Positions 19,848-31,062 of a stretch of 64,000 bases of DNA are shown piece by piece. The position numbers and the translations under genes are program-made. Under the pieces are notes generated by a model that was not told where the DNA came from, made no database searches, and worked only from the letters and a program-made list of their open reading frames with translations. Source of the stretch: Gemmatimonadota bacterium (GTDB lineage: Bacteria > Gemmatimonadota > Gemmatimonadetes > Palauibacterales > Palauibacteraceae); contig OY762926.1 in NCBI GenBank assembly GCA_963666735.1, forward strand, positions 3,904,001 to 3,968,000. Direction: 5' to 3'. The first letter of the stretch is position 1, and the number at the start of each line of letters is the position of its first letter.

Positions 19848-21092
19848 CTATTCGTACCTCAGCGACTCCACCGGATCGAGCCGGGCCGCCTTGCGGGCCG
19901 GGAGGATCCCCGCCACCAGACCGATGGCCATGAGGATCCCCGCGCACACCGCCGCGATGGGGACGGAGAGCTTCGGGTTCACGATGTATTGCATGGCCGG
20001 ATCGTCGATCGGCATCGCATCGACGCCGGCCACGAGGAGCGCCGCGATGCCGAGCCCCGCGAGGCCCCCGCCGACGGCGATGAGGATCGCTTCGAAGAGG
20101 AACTGGCTCACGATGTGCCGTTTCCTCGCGCCGACGGCGAGCTTGACGCCGATCTCCCGCGTCCGCTCCCGCACCACGACGTACATGATGTTCGCGACTC
20201 CGACCCCGGCCACGATCAGCGTGAAGGCGCCCACCAGTCCAAGGAAAATCTGGATCCCGAGGCCGATCCGGCCCACGATCCTTTCGTCCTCGATGAAGTC
20301 CCAGATCGCAAGCGCCCGTTCGTCCGCCGCGGCGAAGCTGTACCGGCCGCCGAGCACCCGGTACAGCTCCTGCTTGGCGATGGCCGCGTCCTGCACGTCA
20401 CGCGGCCGCAGAAGCAGGTGGTTCACGAAATCCTGCCCGTAGATGCTCCGGAACGTGGAGGCCGGGATCACGGCCCGGTCCTCGTCCGGCCCGTTGTTGC
20501 TCGAGTCCTGGAACTTCGACTCCATCACGCCGATCACGCGGAACGGAAGTCCGTCCAGCGTCACCGTGCGCCCCGCGGGCGGCGCATCGCCGAACAGGCG
20601 CTGGGCGATGCCGTCTCCGAGGAACAGTACGCGCCGCTTCTCGTCGATGTCGCGCTGGTTGATGAACCGGCCGCCCGGAGCGGGGAACATGCGCCGCAAC
20701 TCGGAGAAGACAGGGTTCACGCCCTCCATGTAGGTCGTCGTCTGGTTCTCCCCCACCTTCAGGTACGTCCGGCCCCGGCCGTAGGAGGGACTGCCCATCT
20801 CGAACTCCGGCACCGCGCGCAGAAGCAGGTCGAGATCTTCCTCCCGCAGCCGGATTCGCCGTCCCTTCGACAGCCCTTCGTGCTCCACGCTCGTCTGGCC
20901 GCCGTAGACCATGAAGATGCGTTCGCCGGCGTTGAGCAGCCCCGCCGAGAACTGGTTCCGGAGCCCCTGTCCGAACGCGAGCAGGAGCACGATCGAGATC
21001 GTCCCCCACACCACGGCGAAGATCGTGAGGAAGGCGCGGGTCTTCTGGGCCCGCAGGTCGCCGAGGAACTCTTCGAGGAGGATCTTCCACAT
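19848..21092 (-). CDS. ABC transporter permease (MacB/FtsX-like)
   Basis: MacB periplasmic domain; 'GVANIMYVVVRERTREIGVKLAVGA' and 'PARKAARLDPVESLRYE'. Confidence 0.9.
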   Translation of the reverse strand: MWKILLEEFLGDLRAQKTRAFLTIFAVVWGTISIVLLLAFGQGLRNQFSAGLLNAGERIFMVYGGQTSVEHEGLSKGRRIRLREEDLDLLLRAVPEFEMGSPSYGRGRTYLKVGENQTTTYMEGVNPVFSELRRMFPAPGGRFINQRDIDEKRRVLFLGDGIAQRLFGDAPPAGRTVTLDGLPFRVIGVMESKFQDSSNNGPDEDRAVIPASTFRSIYGQDFVNHLLLRPRDVQDAAIAKQELYRVLGGRYSFAAADERALAIWDFIEDERIVGRIGLGIQIFLGLVGAFTLIVAGVGVANIMYVVVRERTREIGVKLAVGARKRHIVSQFLFEAILIAVGGGLAGLGIAALLVAGVDAMPIDDPAMQYIVNPKLSVPIAAVCAGILMAIGLVAGILPARKAARLDPVESLRYE

Positions 21093-21145
21093 GAGTCAGA
21101 CCGTTGGCGGAGGGAGGGCCGCCGACCGCCCGTCGGCGAACCCGG

Positions 21146-22378
21146 CTAGTCGCGCAGACATTCGACGGGGTCGAGCGCCGCGGCGCGGCGGGCGGGGAAG
21201 AACCCGGCCAGCATCGCGATGGACGCGAGCAGCGCCATGGTCACCGCGGCCACCTGCAGCGAGATCGCCGGCGTCCCGACGAACTCCTGCATCGGGACCA
21301 GCGACATGAGTTTCACGATTCCGAGGGAGACGACGACGCCGAGCGCCGCGCCCGCGACCACGATGAGCATGCTCTCGGTGAGGAACTGCCACATGATGGA
21401 GCGCCGGGTGGCGCCGAGCGAGCGCTTGATCCCGATCTCGTTCGTCCGCTCGCGCACCACGATGTACATGATGTTCGCGACCCCGATCCCGCCCACGCTG
21501 AGCGTGAAGCTGCCGACGATCGCGAAGAAGATCTTGAACCCGAGGAAGAGGAACCCGAACATCCGTTCCCACCCGGCCGTGTCCCACACGCCCAGCGCGT
21601 CGTCATCCCCGGGGTTGAAGCGGTATTTCGCTCCAAGGACCTCGTAGACCCGCGCCTCCACGGCCTCCGTCCGCGCCGCGTCCGCGGTCCGGTAGACGAG
21701 GTTGGAGACGAAGCGCGAGCCGAACAGGGCCGCGTGCGTGCCGGCCGGGATGAACACGCGGTCTTCGTCCCGCGAGTTGTACGACGAGTTCTGGATCTTT
21801 GGCTGGAGCACGCCGATCACGGTGAAGGGCGAATCGCCGATCCGAACCTGCTCGCCGACGGGGTCCGCGTCCCCGAACAGGACGCGGGCGACTTCGTCGC
21901 CGAGAAACACGACGCGTCGCCGCTCCCGCTGGTCCCGCTCGTTGATGAAGCGGCCGCCCGGGAGCGGAAAGATGTTCCGCATCTCGCCGTAGATGGGGTA
22001 GATGCCGGTGATGTTCGGGTTCACTCCGTTGCGGCCGTAGCGGACGGGCGCCGCCCGCGTGGAGTACTCCGGGCTGATCATCGTGATGTCGGGGATCCGC
22101 CGGGCGAGAGTCTCCGCGTCCGCCTCCCGCAGCCGGATCGACCGCCCCTCCCGGAACCCGGCGTGAGGCATCGTCGTGCGTCCGCCGAAGAGGATGACGA
22201 TCCGGTCGCCCAGCCCGTGAAACCGCTTGATCGTCTGCCGCTCGAGCCCGACGGAGAAGGCGAGCAGCACGACGACGGCCACGGTGCCCCAGGTGATGCC
22301 GAGCACCGTGAGCGTGGTCCTGACGCGCTGGGCCGACAGATCGGCCCACAACTGCCGTGCGGCGTCGAGCAATCTCAC
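21146..22378 (-). CDS. ABC transporter permease (MacB/FtsX-like), paralog
   Basis: 'GVANIMYIVVRERTNEIG', 'PARRAAALDPVECLR'. Confidence 0.9.
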   Translation of the reverse strand: MRLLDAARQLWADLSAQRVRTTLTVLGITWGTVAVVVLLAFSVGLERQTIKRFHGLGDRIVILFGGRTTMPHAGFREGRSIRLREADAETLARRIPDITMISPEYSTRAAPVRYGRNGVNPNITGIYPIYGEMRNIFPLPGGRFINERDQRERRRVVFLGDEVARVLFGDADPVGEQVRIGDSPFTVIGVLQPKIQNSSYNSRDEDRVFIPAGTHAALFGSRFVSNLVYRTADAARTEAVEARVYEVLGAKYRFNPGDDDALGVWDTAGWERMFGFLFLGFKIFFAIVGSFTLSVGGIGVANIMYIVVRERTNEIGIKRSLGATRRSIMWQFLTESMLIVVAGAALGVVVSLGIVKLMSLVPMQEFVGTPAISLQVAAVTMALLASIAMLAGFFPARRAAALDPVECLRD

Positions 22379-22411
22379 CGGTCGCCGGCCTCGCCCGCCG
22401 TCACTCGGCGG

Positions 22412-23506
22412 CTACGTGATCTCGCGTCGCGGGGGCTCCAGCACGCGCTCGCCCTCCGCCAGTCCGTCCAGCACCTCGACGCTGATGCCGTCGCTCAGTC
22501 CGGTGCGGATCTCGCGTTCCTCCGTCTCCTCGGGTCCCAGCCGAACCGTGACGAGCGTGCGCTCGTCCTCGAACCGGACCAGGCGCTCCGGGATGACCAG
22601 CACGTCCGAACGGCGCTCGATGATCACGTGCGCGTTGGCGGAATAACCCGCCCGCAGCGCCGCGCCGTCCACCGGAACCACCGCGATCTCGACCGGGAAG
22701 AGCGTCGCGTTCTCCTCGTCGCGGCCCTTGAGCGAGATCTTCGTCAGCCGGCCCTCGATGCGCGCGTCCGGGAGCGCGCCGATCGTGATCTCCACCGGCA
22801 TGCCCTCGGTCAGCCGCCCCACGTCGATCTCATCCACCGTGCCGCGGAAGAGCAGTTCGTCCATCTCCGCCATCGTCATGAGGGCGGTCCCTTCCTGGAA
22901 CGTCGTCAGCGGGACGACGGGATCGCCGATCTCGACCATCTTCTCGAGGATGAAGCCCTGGATCGGGGAGGTGATGACCGTCTCGACGGCTTCGTCGCCG
23001 ATGGTCACGCGGCCCTCGGAGAGGAGGGCCAGCCGTTCCGTCGCGATCTGGACCTGGAGCGAAGCTTCGTCGAACTGCCGGGCCACGGTCTCGTACTCCT
23101 CCTCGGACACGAAGCCGCGGCCGCGCAGCGCGGAGAGCCGGTCGCGCTGTCTCACGAGTTGCTGGAGTTCGATGTCCCGGAGTTCCACGTTGCGCCGGGC
23201 CTCGACGAGCTCGATCGGGGTGGGGTTGGGCTGGACCTCGACGAGGGGCTGGCCCCGCCGGACGTACTCGCCGGGCTCCTTGAACATCCGCCGCACGACG
23301 CCCGCGAGCTGCGACTTCACGCTCACTTCCACCAGCGGCTCGATGCGTCCCACGGCGAGCGCCCGGTCCACGATCTCGCCGCGCTCCACGGCCACGGTGC
23401 CGGTCTCGCCATCTTCGCTGCCCCCGGCGCTCGATACCGCGAACGCCGTCGCTCCGAGCCCGCCGATCACCACCGTGCAGGCCAGTATCTTCGTGCCTCG
23501 CTTCAT
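22412..23506 (-). CDS. Efflux periplasmic adaptor (MacA-like membrane fusion protein)
   Basis: N-terminal anchor, lipoyl-like 'VKSQLAGVV...GEYVRRGQPL', alpha-hairpin, 'VDEIDVG', 'TGLSDG'. Start is 23506 or 23518. Confidence 0.88.
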   Translation of the reverse strand: MKRGTKILACTVVIGGLGATAFAVSSAGGSEDGETGTVAVERGEIVDRALAVGRIEPLVEVSVKSQLAGVVRRMFKEPGEYVRRGQPLVEVQPNPTPIELVEARRNVELRDIELQQLVRQRDRLSALRGRGFVSEEEYETVARQFDEASLQVQIATERLALLSEGRVTIGDEAVETVITSPIQGFILEKMVEIGDPVVPLTTFQEGTALMTMAEMDELLFRGTVDEIDVGRLTEGMPVEITIGALPDARIEGRLTKISLKGRDEENATLFPVEIAVVPVDGAALRAGYSANAHVIIERRSDVLVIPERLVRFEDERTLVTVRLGPEETEEREIRTGLSDGISVEVLDGLAEGERVLEPPRREIT

Positions 23507-23591
23507 GCGAACCCGCACTCCTCCGCCGGGAATGAAACACGTCGGCCGTCCGCCCCGCCGGCCGCGGGGCGGACGGCCCTACGCGTGGGCC

Positions 23592-25235
23592 CTACGGAGA
23601 GCGACCGGCGTCGGGTTTCGCGGGAGACTCGATCCAGCGGGGGGCGCGGGGGATGGGGAAGGGTTGGGGCTGTGCCTCCAGATAGGCGACGAGCGCCTCC
23701 AGGTCGGCGACTTCCATGGGGTCGATGACTTCGGCTTCGGCGAATGTGGTGTAGCCGCCGCCCCCGGTCGCGATGAAGTCGTTGGCCGTGACCAGATAGC
23801 GGCCCTCGGGCCTGAGCGGCGATCCATCGCCCAGCGTCACGTCGAGAATCCGCTCGCCATCGGGCGCGGCCGGGTCGTAGCGGACGACGATGCCGCTCGC
23901 GTGCAGGTCCACCTCCCCGTCGCGCACGGAGTATTCGAGCGTCCGCAAGAGCTGCGCGCCGGTCATCGTGTGGCGGACCAGCATGTTGTTGAAGGGTTGG
24001 AGTTCGAAGAGGTCGGCGAAGGTGACCGGCCCCACCGGGAGGGACCGGCGGATGCCGCCGTTGTTCATGAGGGCGACATCGGACCCGCTCGCGTGCCGCT
24101 GCGCGTCGGCCACGATGCGGCCGAGCGGGAAGTCGCCGTCTCGCGGGGCGGGAAGCGCCTCGGGGAGGTCCACGATGACGCGGTCGACGAGGGCCGCGAT
24201 TTCCGCGCTGTAGGAGGCGACGAGCCGCTCGACGTCCGGATCCGGCGCGATCTCGTCCGCCCACACCTGTCGAATGCCGAGGCGGTGCGCGCTTACGGTC
24301 CCGTTCGCGCTCCGGTCGATGCGTCCGAGGCCGTACGCCGTCGTGTTCGCGTACGACTGGATGACGGGGACGCTCCGAACCTCCGTCTCCACGCGCGAGT
24401 GCGTATGTCCCGTGACCGCGTAGTCGAAGCGTTCCGTCGTCGCGGCCAGCGCGTCCAGGGCCGAGCCCTCGCACGCGGCGCCCGGAGCGTTCCCCGCCGC
24501 AGCGTTCCCCCCCGGAGCGTTCCCCGCACCGTCGTCGCAGAAGGCGCCTTCGTGCATCACCGCGACGACGAAGTCCGCGCCGGCCGTCCGCACCTCCGGG
24601 ATGTAGCGGTCGAGCGCGTCGGAGATCGGCCGGAAGTCGAAGTCCGCCACGAGCGAGGGCCGGGCGACGACCGGCGTGGACGGCGTCGTCAGGCCGATGA
24701 AGCCGACCCGGATGCCGTCCCTCTCGATGATCGTCCAGGGCCGGACCCACTCGGGGTGCCGGCCGGTGTCCCTGAGGTAGATGTTCGCGCCGAGCATGGC
24801 GAAGTCCGCATCGGCCACGCGCTCCACGAGGACGTCGACTCCCCAGTCGAACTCGTGGTTCCCGATCGCGGCGGCGTCGTAGCCGATCCCGTTCATCGCT
24901 TCGATCGTCGAGCGCCCGTCCGTGAAGTTCGAGATCGGCGTGCCCTGCATGATGTCACCGCCGGAGACGACGAAGAGGGGGCACTCGGGCGTCGCGGAGC
25001 GCTCCCGCGCCACGTAGGCGGCGAGCGCGGCGGATCCGCCGACGGGGCGTCCGTCCGACCAGCTCTGTTCCGCCGGCAGCAGCCGTCCGTGCGTGTCGTT
25101 CGTGGAGAAGATCAGCGCGCAGGCCTCCGGGTCCGCGGGAGCGCACGCCGCCGCCGCCGCGATGACGGCGCAGAGCAGAGCGGGGAGGTAAGCGGGGAGA
25201 GCCGACCGGCAACGGGTGGCGGAGTGACGCGGCAT
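23592..25235 (-). CDS. 5'-nucleotidase / UDP-sugar hydrolase family lipoprotein
   Basis: 'TNDTHG', 'SGGD', 'GNHEFDWG', 'GHTH', 'NNGGIR', 'PFNN'; lipobox 'AAAC'; ATG overlaps the purF stop. Confidence 0.9.
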   Translation of the reverse strand: MPRHSATRCRSALPAYLPALLCAVIAAAAACAPADPEACALIFSTNDTHGRLLPAEQSWSDGRPVGGSAALAAYVARERSATPECPLFVVSGGDIMQGTPISNFTDGRSTIEAMNGIGYDAAAIGNHEFDWGVDVLVERVADADFAMLGANIYLRDTGRHPEWVRPWTIIERDGIRVGFIGLTTPSTPVVARPSLVADFDFRPISDALDRYIPEVRTAGADFVVAVMHEGAFCDDGAGNAPGGNAAAGNAPGAACEGSALDALAATTERFDYAVTGHTHSRVETEVRSVPVIQSYANTTAYGLGRIDRSANGTVSAHRLGIRQVWADEIAPDPDVERLVASYSAEIAALVDRVIVDLPEALPAPRDGDFPLGRIVADAQRHASGSDVALMNNGGIRRSLPVGPVTFADLFELQPFNNMLVRHTMTGAQLLRTLEYSVRDGEVDLHASGIVVRYDPAAPDGERILDVTLGDGSPLRPEGRYLVTANDFIATGGGGYTTFAEAEVIDPMEVADLEALVAYLEAQPQPFPIPRAPRWIESPAKPDAGRSP

Positions 25236-26704
25236 CAGACCGTCTGCAACGACTTCAATCGGTCCATGTCCACGAGCGGCGCGGCGTAGTTGCCGGTCCA
25301 GCAGGCGTCGCAGAAGGGCCCGTGATCCGCGACCGCGTCGCGCATGCCCTCCATGCTGAGATAGCCGAGCGAGTCGACCTTCAGATGTTGCCGGATCTCC
25401 TCGACCGTATGGGTAGAGCCGATGAGTTCCTCTTTCGTGGGCATGTCGATGCCGTAGTAGCAGGGGGAACGCACGGGCGGGGAAGCGACCCGGAAATGGA
25501 CCTCCCGCGCCCCCGAGTCCCGCAGGAGCCGGACGAGGCCGCTGCTCGTCGTGCCCCGGACGAGCGAGTCGTCCACGACGATGATGCGCTTGCCGTCGAC
25601 GAGTTCGCGCACGGGGTTGTACTTCACCCGCACCTTGAAATCGCGCCCCGTCTGCGTCGGATGGATGAAGGTCCGGCCCACGTAGTGGTTGCGGATGAGC
25701 GCGAGTTCGAACGGGAGGCCGCTGACCTCCGAGTACCCGAGCGCCGCCGAGTTCGACGAGTCCGGCACCGCGAACACGCAATCGGCGTCGGCCGGGTGCT
25801 CGCGGGCGAGCTGGCGCCCGAACGCCCGCCGCGCCTCGTCCACGCTGCACCCCCACACGCGCGAATCGGGACGCGCGAAGTACACCAGTTCGAACAGACA
25901 GGCGCTGGGCTCGGCGGGGGGCAGCGGCCGGAGCGATTCCACGTGGCCATCGCGGACCTTCAGCACTTCGCCCGGCTCCACGTCGCGCACGTAGGCGGCC
26001 CCGATGATGTCGAGGGCGCACGTTTCGGATGCGAAGACGACGGCTTCGCCCCGCCTGCCCATGACCATGGGCCGGAAGCCGCGCGCATCGCGCGTGGCGT
26101 ACACCGTGTCGCCGATGCAGAGGAGGAGGGAGAAGGCGCCGACGAGCTGCGAGAGCGCGTCGTCGATCTTGCCGTCGAGGTCGCGGTGCCGGGAGCGGGC
26201 GATGAGGTGGACGACGACCTCCGAGTCCGCATCGGTCTGGAAGATCGATCCGTCGCGCGCGAGCGAGCGCTTGAGCTGGTGCGCGTTCGTGAGATTGCCG
26301 TTGTGCGCGAGCGCGAGCGGCTTGTCCTCGTACTGCACGAGCAGCGGCTGCGCGTTGCGGAGGCTGGATCCTCCCGCCGTCGAATAGCGGACGTGCCCGA
26401 TGGAGAGCGACCCCTCGAGGGCGCCGAGCACCTCGTCGTCGAAGACGTCCGCCACGAGGCCCATGCCCTTGTGGACCCTCGACCTGCCGGACCCGTCGAC
26501 CGTGACGATCCCGGCGGACTCCTGCCCCCGGTGCTGCAGCGCGTACATGGAGAGAAACGCGAGTTCGGCGGCGGCGCCCGAGCCGCTGACCGCCACGATG
26601 CCGCACTCCTCCCGCGGCTTGTCCAGCTCGAACGCTCCGTCCGCCGCTCCGTCCGCCGCTCCGTCCGCCGCGCCCGCGGCGCCATTCGCCGGGAGTTTCC
26701 TCAT
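25235..26704 (-). CDS. purF: Amidophosphoribosyltransferase
   Basis: 'EECGI' N-terminal nucleophile, 'QHRGQESAG', 'GHVRYST', PRPP loop '[10 protein letters not shown]', Fe-S cysteines 'PCYYGID' and 'CDAC'. Confidence 0.96.
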   Translation of the reverse strand: MRKLPANGAAGAADGAADGAADGAFELDKPREECGIVAVSGSGAAAELAFLSMYALQHRGQESAGIVTVDGSGRSRVHKGMGLVADVFDDEVLGALEGSLSIGHVRYSTAGGSSLRNAQPLLVQYEDKPLALAHNGNLTNAHQLKRSLARDGSIFQTDADSEVVVHLIARSRHRDLDGKIDDALSQLVGAFSLLLCIGDTVYATRDARGFRPMVMGRRGEAVVFASETCALDIIGAAYVRDVEPGEVLKVRDGHVESLRPLPPAEPSACLFELVYFARPDSRVWGCSVDEARRAFGRQLAREHPADADCVFAVPDSSNSAALGYSEVSGLPFELALIRNHYVGRTFIHPTQTGRDFKVRVKYNPVRELVDGKRIIVVDDSLVRGTTSSGLVRLLRDSGAREVHFRVASPPVRSPCYYGIDMPTKEELIGSTHTVEEIRQHLKVDSLGYLSMEGMRDAVADHGPFCDACWTGNYAAPLVDMDRLKSLQTV

Positions 26705-29007
26705 GACGTGATTCCCGCCTCCTCGCTCATGCGGCGCGGGATCGCCTCTTCGTAGATCCGCGCCAGTTCGGCGGCCGGCGGGGCGATCGCGTGGCCGGCG
26801 CCGGTCAGCCGGCACGGGCTGTCCGGCCCGTCCACGGCGCCCACGCGCGCCACGGGCACGCCGTGATGCCGCCCGTGCGCGACGATCCGCTCGCCCTCGC
26901 CGGGCCGGCACGTCAGCACGACGCGCGAGTGCGATTCGCCGAACCAGCGTCCCGCGGCCGACACGTTCGCCCCGGCGGGCGCCGCGTCGAGATCGACCGT
27001 GCAGCCGAGCGGCCCGCCCGCTGCCCGCACCGCGCACTCCGCAAGCGCGACGGCCAGCCCGCCGTCCGAGCCATCGTGCGCGGACGCGAACGCCCCGTCC
27101 GCCGCTCCCGCGACGAGAAGGTCGACGAGGGCCGCCGCCTCTTTCAGGTCCAGCGCGGGCGGCAGGCCCGCGACGACGCCGTGGCAGGCGGCGAGATACT
27201 CGGACCCTCCGATCTCATCGCGGGTGAGGCCCGCGACCCAGATCTCGTCCCCTTCGCGCTGGAACGCCGAGGGGACGCGCCGTTCGAGGTCCTCGATCAC
27301 GCCCAGCATGCCGATGACCGGCGTGGGATAGACCGGCTGGCCCCCGGTCTCGTTGTAAAGCGAGACGTTGCCGCCCGTGACCGGCGTGCGCAGCGCGCGG
27401 CACGCCTCTCCCATCCCCTCGACGGCCCCGGCGAGCTGGAAGTACACCTCCGGCCGCAGCGGGCTGCCGAAGTTCAGGCAGTTCGTCACGGCGAGCGGGC
27501 GCGCCCCGGAGCAGGCCACGTTGCGCGCCGCCTCGGCGACCGCCGCCCGGCCCCCGGTTTGCGGGTCGAGCCACGTGTGCCGCCCGTTCCCGTCCGTGGA
27601 GGCCGCGAGCGCGCGCCCCTCCGCGGGCAGCCGCAGCACGGCCGCGTCGGATCCCGGCCCCTCTAGCGTGTTCGTCTGCACCGTGGTGTCGTACTGCTCG
27701 TAGATCCAGCGCCGCGAGGCGATGGAAGGGGCGTCGAGCAGCGTCCGCAGCGCCGCGTCCACGTCCCGGTCCGCATCGAAGGAAGCGTATGCGGCGAGGT
27801 CCGCGGACCGGGCTTCGGCCACGGCCGGGCTCATGACGCCCTCGCGCACGTACGTCGGACAATCGTCCACCAGCGGCTTCACCGGGATCTCGACGCGAAC
27901 GACGCCGTCTTCGCGCACCCGGAACATCCCGTCGTCCGTCACCCGCCCGATCGTCGCCGCCTGCAGGTCCCAGCGCTCGAGCACCTCGCGCACGGCCTCC
28001 TCGTGTTCGGGCTTCGCGACGAGGAGCATCCGCTCCTGCGACTCCGAGAGCAGCATCTCGTACGGCGTCATCCCCTCCTCCCGGACGGGGAGGTACGCCA
28101 CGTCGATATCGATGCCGGAACCCGAGCGCGCCGCCATCTCCGTCCCGCTCGAGGTCAGGCCCGCCGCCCCCATGTCCTGGATGCCGACCAGGAGGTCCCG
28201 TTCGATGAGCTCGAGGCTCGCCTCGAGGAGGAGCTTCTCGGTGAACGGGTCGCCCACCTGCACCTGCGGGCGGCTGTCCAGCGCCTCTTCGTCGAGTTCC
28301 TCCGATGCGAAGGTCGCCCCGTGGATCCCGTCCCGCCCCGTGCGGGCGCCGACCGCCATCACCGGATTGCCGACGCCTTCCGCCTCCCCCCGGATAAGGC
28401 GCTCGAGCGGGAGGACCCCGATGCACATCACGTTGATGAGCGGGTTTCTCTCGTAGGCCGGGTCGAAGATCGCCTCGCCTCCCACCGTGGGTACGCCGAC
28501 GCAGTTCCCGTAGTCGCCCACGCCGCGCACGACCCCATCGAAGAGGTAGCGCGATTGCGGGGAGTCGAGCGATCCGAAGTGGAGGCTGTCGAAGATGGCG
28601 ATCGGCCGCGCTCCCATCGTGAACACGTCGCGCAGGATCCCGCCCGATCCCGTCGCCGCGCCCTGGTAGGGTTCGACGGCCGAGGGATGGTTGTGGGACT
28701 CGATCTTGAACGCGACGCCCCAGCCGCCGCCCACGTCGATGACGCCGGCGTTCTCCCCCGGACCCTGAACGACGGCGGCGCTGTCCGTGGGCAGTGTGCG
28801 GAGCAGGGGCCGCGAGTTCTTGTACCCGCAGTGCTCCGACCACATGGCGCTGAACACGCCGAGTTCCGTGAAGGTGGGTTCCCGCCCCATGAAACCGAGG
28901 ATCTGCTCCCACTCCTCCGGACTCAGCCCGTGCTCCGCCACGAGCGCGGCGCTCATGACGGGGTCGCCCGGCCGGGCCTCGACGCGTTCGAGCGAGGTCC
29001 GGGTCAT
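26701..29007 (-). CDS. purL: Phosphoribosylformylglycinamidine synthase subunit PurL
   Basis: 'MWSEHCGYK', 'KIESHNHPS', 'IQDMGAAGL', 'SESQERM', 'GGNVSLYN'. Confidence 0.96.
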   Translation of the reverse strand: MTRTSLERVEARPGDPVMSAALVAEHGLSPEEWEQILGFMGREPTFTELGVFSAMWSEHCGYKNSRPLLRTLPTDSAAVVQGPGENAGVIDVGGGWGVAFKIESHNHPSAVEPYQGAATGSGGILRDVFTMGARPIAIFDSLHFGSLDSPQSRYLFDGVVRGVGDYGNCVGVPTVGGEAIFDPAYERNPLINVMCIGVLPLERLIRGEAEGVGNPVMAVGARTGRDGIHGATFASEELDEEALDSRPQVQVGDPFTEKLLLEASLELIERDLLVGIQDMGAAGLTSSGTEMAARSGSGIDIDVAYLPVREEGMTPYEMLLSESQERMLLVAKPEHEEAVREVLERWDLQAATIGRVTDDGMFRVREDGVVRVEIPVKPLVDDCPTYVREGVMSPAVAEARSADLAAYASFDADRDVDAALRTLLDAPSIASRRWIYEQYDTTVQTNTLEGPGSDAAVLRLPAEGRALAASTDGNGRHTWLDPQTGGRAAVAEAARNVACSGARPLAVTNCLNFGSPLRPEVYFQLAGAVEGMGEACRALRTPVTGGNVSLYNETGGQPVYPTPVIGMLGVIEDLERRVPSAFQREGDEIWVAGLTRDEIGGSEYLAACHGVVAGLPPALDLKEAAALVDLLVAGAADGAFASAHDGSDGGLAVALAECAVRAAGGPLGCTVDLDAAPAGANVSAAGRWFGESHSRVVLTCRPGEGERIVAHGRHHGVPVARVGAVDGPDSPCRLTGAGHAIAPPAAELARIYEEAIPRRMSEEAGITS

Positions 29008-29792
29008 GACGACACCCCCGCCCCCGCCACGGCTCCGGCGGCGAATGCCCGGGTCTCCGGCGGTGGTTGGTCGCTTCGACGCCCCCTCCCGCGGGAGACG
29101 GCCGCGAGCAGCGACCGGAACACGGCGAGTCCGTCCGTGTTGCCGAGGACCGACAGCGAATGTCGCTCCGGGTGCGGCATGAGCCCCAGGACGTTCCCCG
29201 CCGCGTTCATGATCCCCGCGATGTTGCGCGCCGAGCCGTTGGGATTCGCCGCGTCCGTCGCCTGTCCGCGCCGGTCGACATAGCGGAACACCACCCGGTT
29301 CTCCGCCTCGAGTTCGTCGAGCGTCGGGGCTTCCGCGACGAACTGGCCTTCGCCGTGCGCGATCGGGATGCGGAGCAGGTCGCCCTCGGCGTAGGCCGAT
29401 GTGAACGGCGTCCCGGCGTTCTCCACGCGGAGCCCGACGTCATGGCAGCGGAAGCGCAGGTTCCGGTTCCGGACGAGGGCCCCCGGCAGGAGGTGCGCCT
29501 CGCACAGCACCTGGAATCCGTTGCAGATCCCGAGCGTGAGCCCTCCGGCGCGCGCAAAGTCGATCACTTCGCCCATGATCGGGCTGAAGCGGGCGATCGC
29601 TCCCGCCCTCAGGTAGTCCCCGTAGGAGAACCCGCCCGGCAGCACGACGACATCCACGCCCTCGAGGTCCGTGGACTTGTGCCACAGGTAGGTGGCGCGC
29701 TCTCCCAGCCCCTCCGTCACGGCCCGGTACACGTCCGCGTCGCAGTTCGAGCCCGGGAACCGCACGATGCCTACGTTCATCCCCGCCTTCAT
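29004..29792 (-). CDS. purQ: FGAM synthase glutaminase subunit PurQ
   Basis: 'FPGSNCD', '[11 protein letters not shown]', 'GICNGFQ', 'MPHPER'. Confidence 0.96.
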   Translation of the reverse strand: MKAGMNVGIVRFPGSNCDADVYRAVTEGLGERATYLWHKSTDLEGVDVVVLPGGFSYGDYLRAGAIARFSPIMGEVIDFARAGGLTLGICNGFQVLCEAHLLPGALVRNRNLRFRCHDVGLRVENAGTPFTSAYAEGDLLRIPIAHGEGQFVAEAPTLDELEAENRVVFRYVDRRGQATDAANPNGSARNIAGIMNAAGNVLGLMPHPERHSLSVLGNTDGLAVFRSLLAAVSRGRGRRSDQPPPETRAFAAGAVAGAGVSS

Positions 29793-29796
29793 CCGT

Positions 29797-30057
29797 TTAC
29801 CCCTCCCGCACGCGCACGACGTAGTCTTCGATGATCGGGTTCGCGATCAGTTGTTCGCACATCTTCTCCGTGGAGGCCCTGGCGGCCTCCGGCCCGTCGG
29901 CTTCGACCTCGAGACGGATCAGCCTCCCGGCGCGCACGGAGTGGACGCCCTCGTACCCGAGGTTGCCGAGCGCGCGGCGGATCGTCTCTCCCGCCGGATC
30001 GAGGATCCCCTCGCGCGGCGTGACCCGGACATCCACGGACCAGACCCGGCTCCTCAT
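29797..30057 (-). CDS. purS: FGAM synthase subunit PurS
   Basis: 'ILDPAGETI...LGY...VRAGR...[10 protein letters not shown]'; ATG at 30057 overlaps the purC stop. Confidence 0.92.
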   Translation of the reverse strand: MRSRVWSVDVRVTPREGILDPAGETIRRALGNLGYEGVHSVRAGRLIRLEVEADGPEAARASTEKMCEQLIANPIIEDYVVRVREG

Positions 30058-31007
30058 GAGGGCGCCTCGTAGAGTTCGTGGCCCGCGATGCGGCGGAAGG
30101 CCTCGAGATAGCGCTCCGAGGTCGTGCGGATGACCTCCTCCGGGAGCGCCGGCGCCGGCGGCGTCTTGTCCCATTCCCCGCGCCCGACGATCTCCTGCAG
30201 GTGGTCGCGCACCGGCTGCTTGTCGAGCGAAGGCTGGCCGCCTCCGATCCGGTACGAATCGGCGGGCCAGAAGCGGGACGAGTCGGGGGTCATCGCCTCG
30301 TCGATGAGGATGATCCGCCCGTCGGCCCCGCGTCCGAACTCGTACTTCGTATCGGCCAGGATGATGCCGCGCTCGCGGAGCGTGTCCCGGCCCGCGGCGT
30401 AGAGCGCGAGGCTGATGTCGCGCAGTTCCGTGGCGAGTTCCGTCCCCACGATGTCGCACATCTGCGCGAAGGTGATGTTCTCGTCGTGGAGTCCCTCTTC
30501 CGCCTTCGTGGAGGGCGAGAAGATCGGCTCCGGGTACGCCTCCGACTCCCGCAGGCCCTCCGGGAGAGGTTCGCCCGCGAGCGTCCCGTGGCGGCTGTAC
30601 TCCTTCCACGCGGAGCCGGAGATGAAGCCGCGCACGATGCATTCGACGGGCAGGGGACGCGCCTTCTCGACCAGCATGGCGCGATGTCCCAGGCTGTCGG
30701 CGATGCCGGCGAGCTCAGGCGCCGCCTCGGCGATGGCGGCCGGGTCGCTCGCGACGCGGTGGTTGCCGACGATGTCCGTCGTCCGGTCGAACCAGAACGC
30801 GGAGAGTTGGGTGAGCACGGCCCCCTTGTGGGGGATCGGGTTCGGGATCACGCAGTCGAAGGCGCTGATGCGGTCGCTGGCGACCATCAGGATCCGGTCG
30901 CCGAGGTCGTACATCGAGCGCACCTTCCCCTTGCGGAGAAGCGGCAGCGGCAAGTCGATCTCATGGAGTGCGGCCGGCGGGTTCCCGCCGAGCGTGGTCT
31001 GGGTCAT
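30054..31007 (-). CDS. purC: SAICAR synthetase
   Basis: 'GKVR', 'SDRISAFD', 'ADTKYEFG', 'DEAMTPDSSRFW', 'DKQPVRD'. Confidence 0.96.
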   Translation of the reverse strand: MTQTTLGGNPPAALHEIDLPLPLLRKGKVRSMYDLGDRILMVASDRISAFDCVIPNPIPHKGAVLTQLSAFWFDRTTDIVGNHRVASDPAAIAEAAPELAGIADSLGHRAMLVEKARPLPVECIVRGFISGSAWKEYSRHGTLAGEPLPEGLRESEAYPEPIFSPSTKAEEGLHDENITFAQMCDIVGTELATELRDISLALYAAGRDTLRERGIILADTKYEFGRGADGRIILIDEAMTPDSSRFWPADSYRIGGGQPSLDKQPVRDHLQEIVGRGEWDKTPPAPALPEEVIRTTSERYLEAFRRIAGHELYEAPS

Positions 31008-31062
31008 GGCGTCCTTTCGAGTGTCGCTGGTGCGGGTCCGGGCGCGTTCCCGCGGGAACGCC

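Noticed and set aside
21104..25289. Long + strand ORFs (874 aa, 853 aa) and similar shadow ORFs throughout the window
   Set aside because: They are antisense or alternative-frame to well-supported genes, are Arg/Pro/Gly-rich, and are expected in high-GC DNA.
25236..26606. Apparent 1004-aa fusion ORF 23592..26606 (also 5975..8098, 2246..3748, 4313..5953, 47766..51605)
   Set aside because: The upstream extensions overlap other real genes and lack domain motifs; the true starts are internal.
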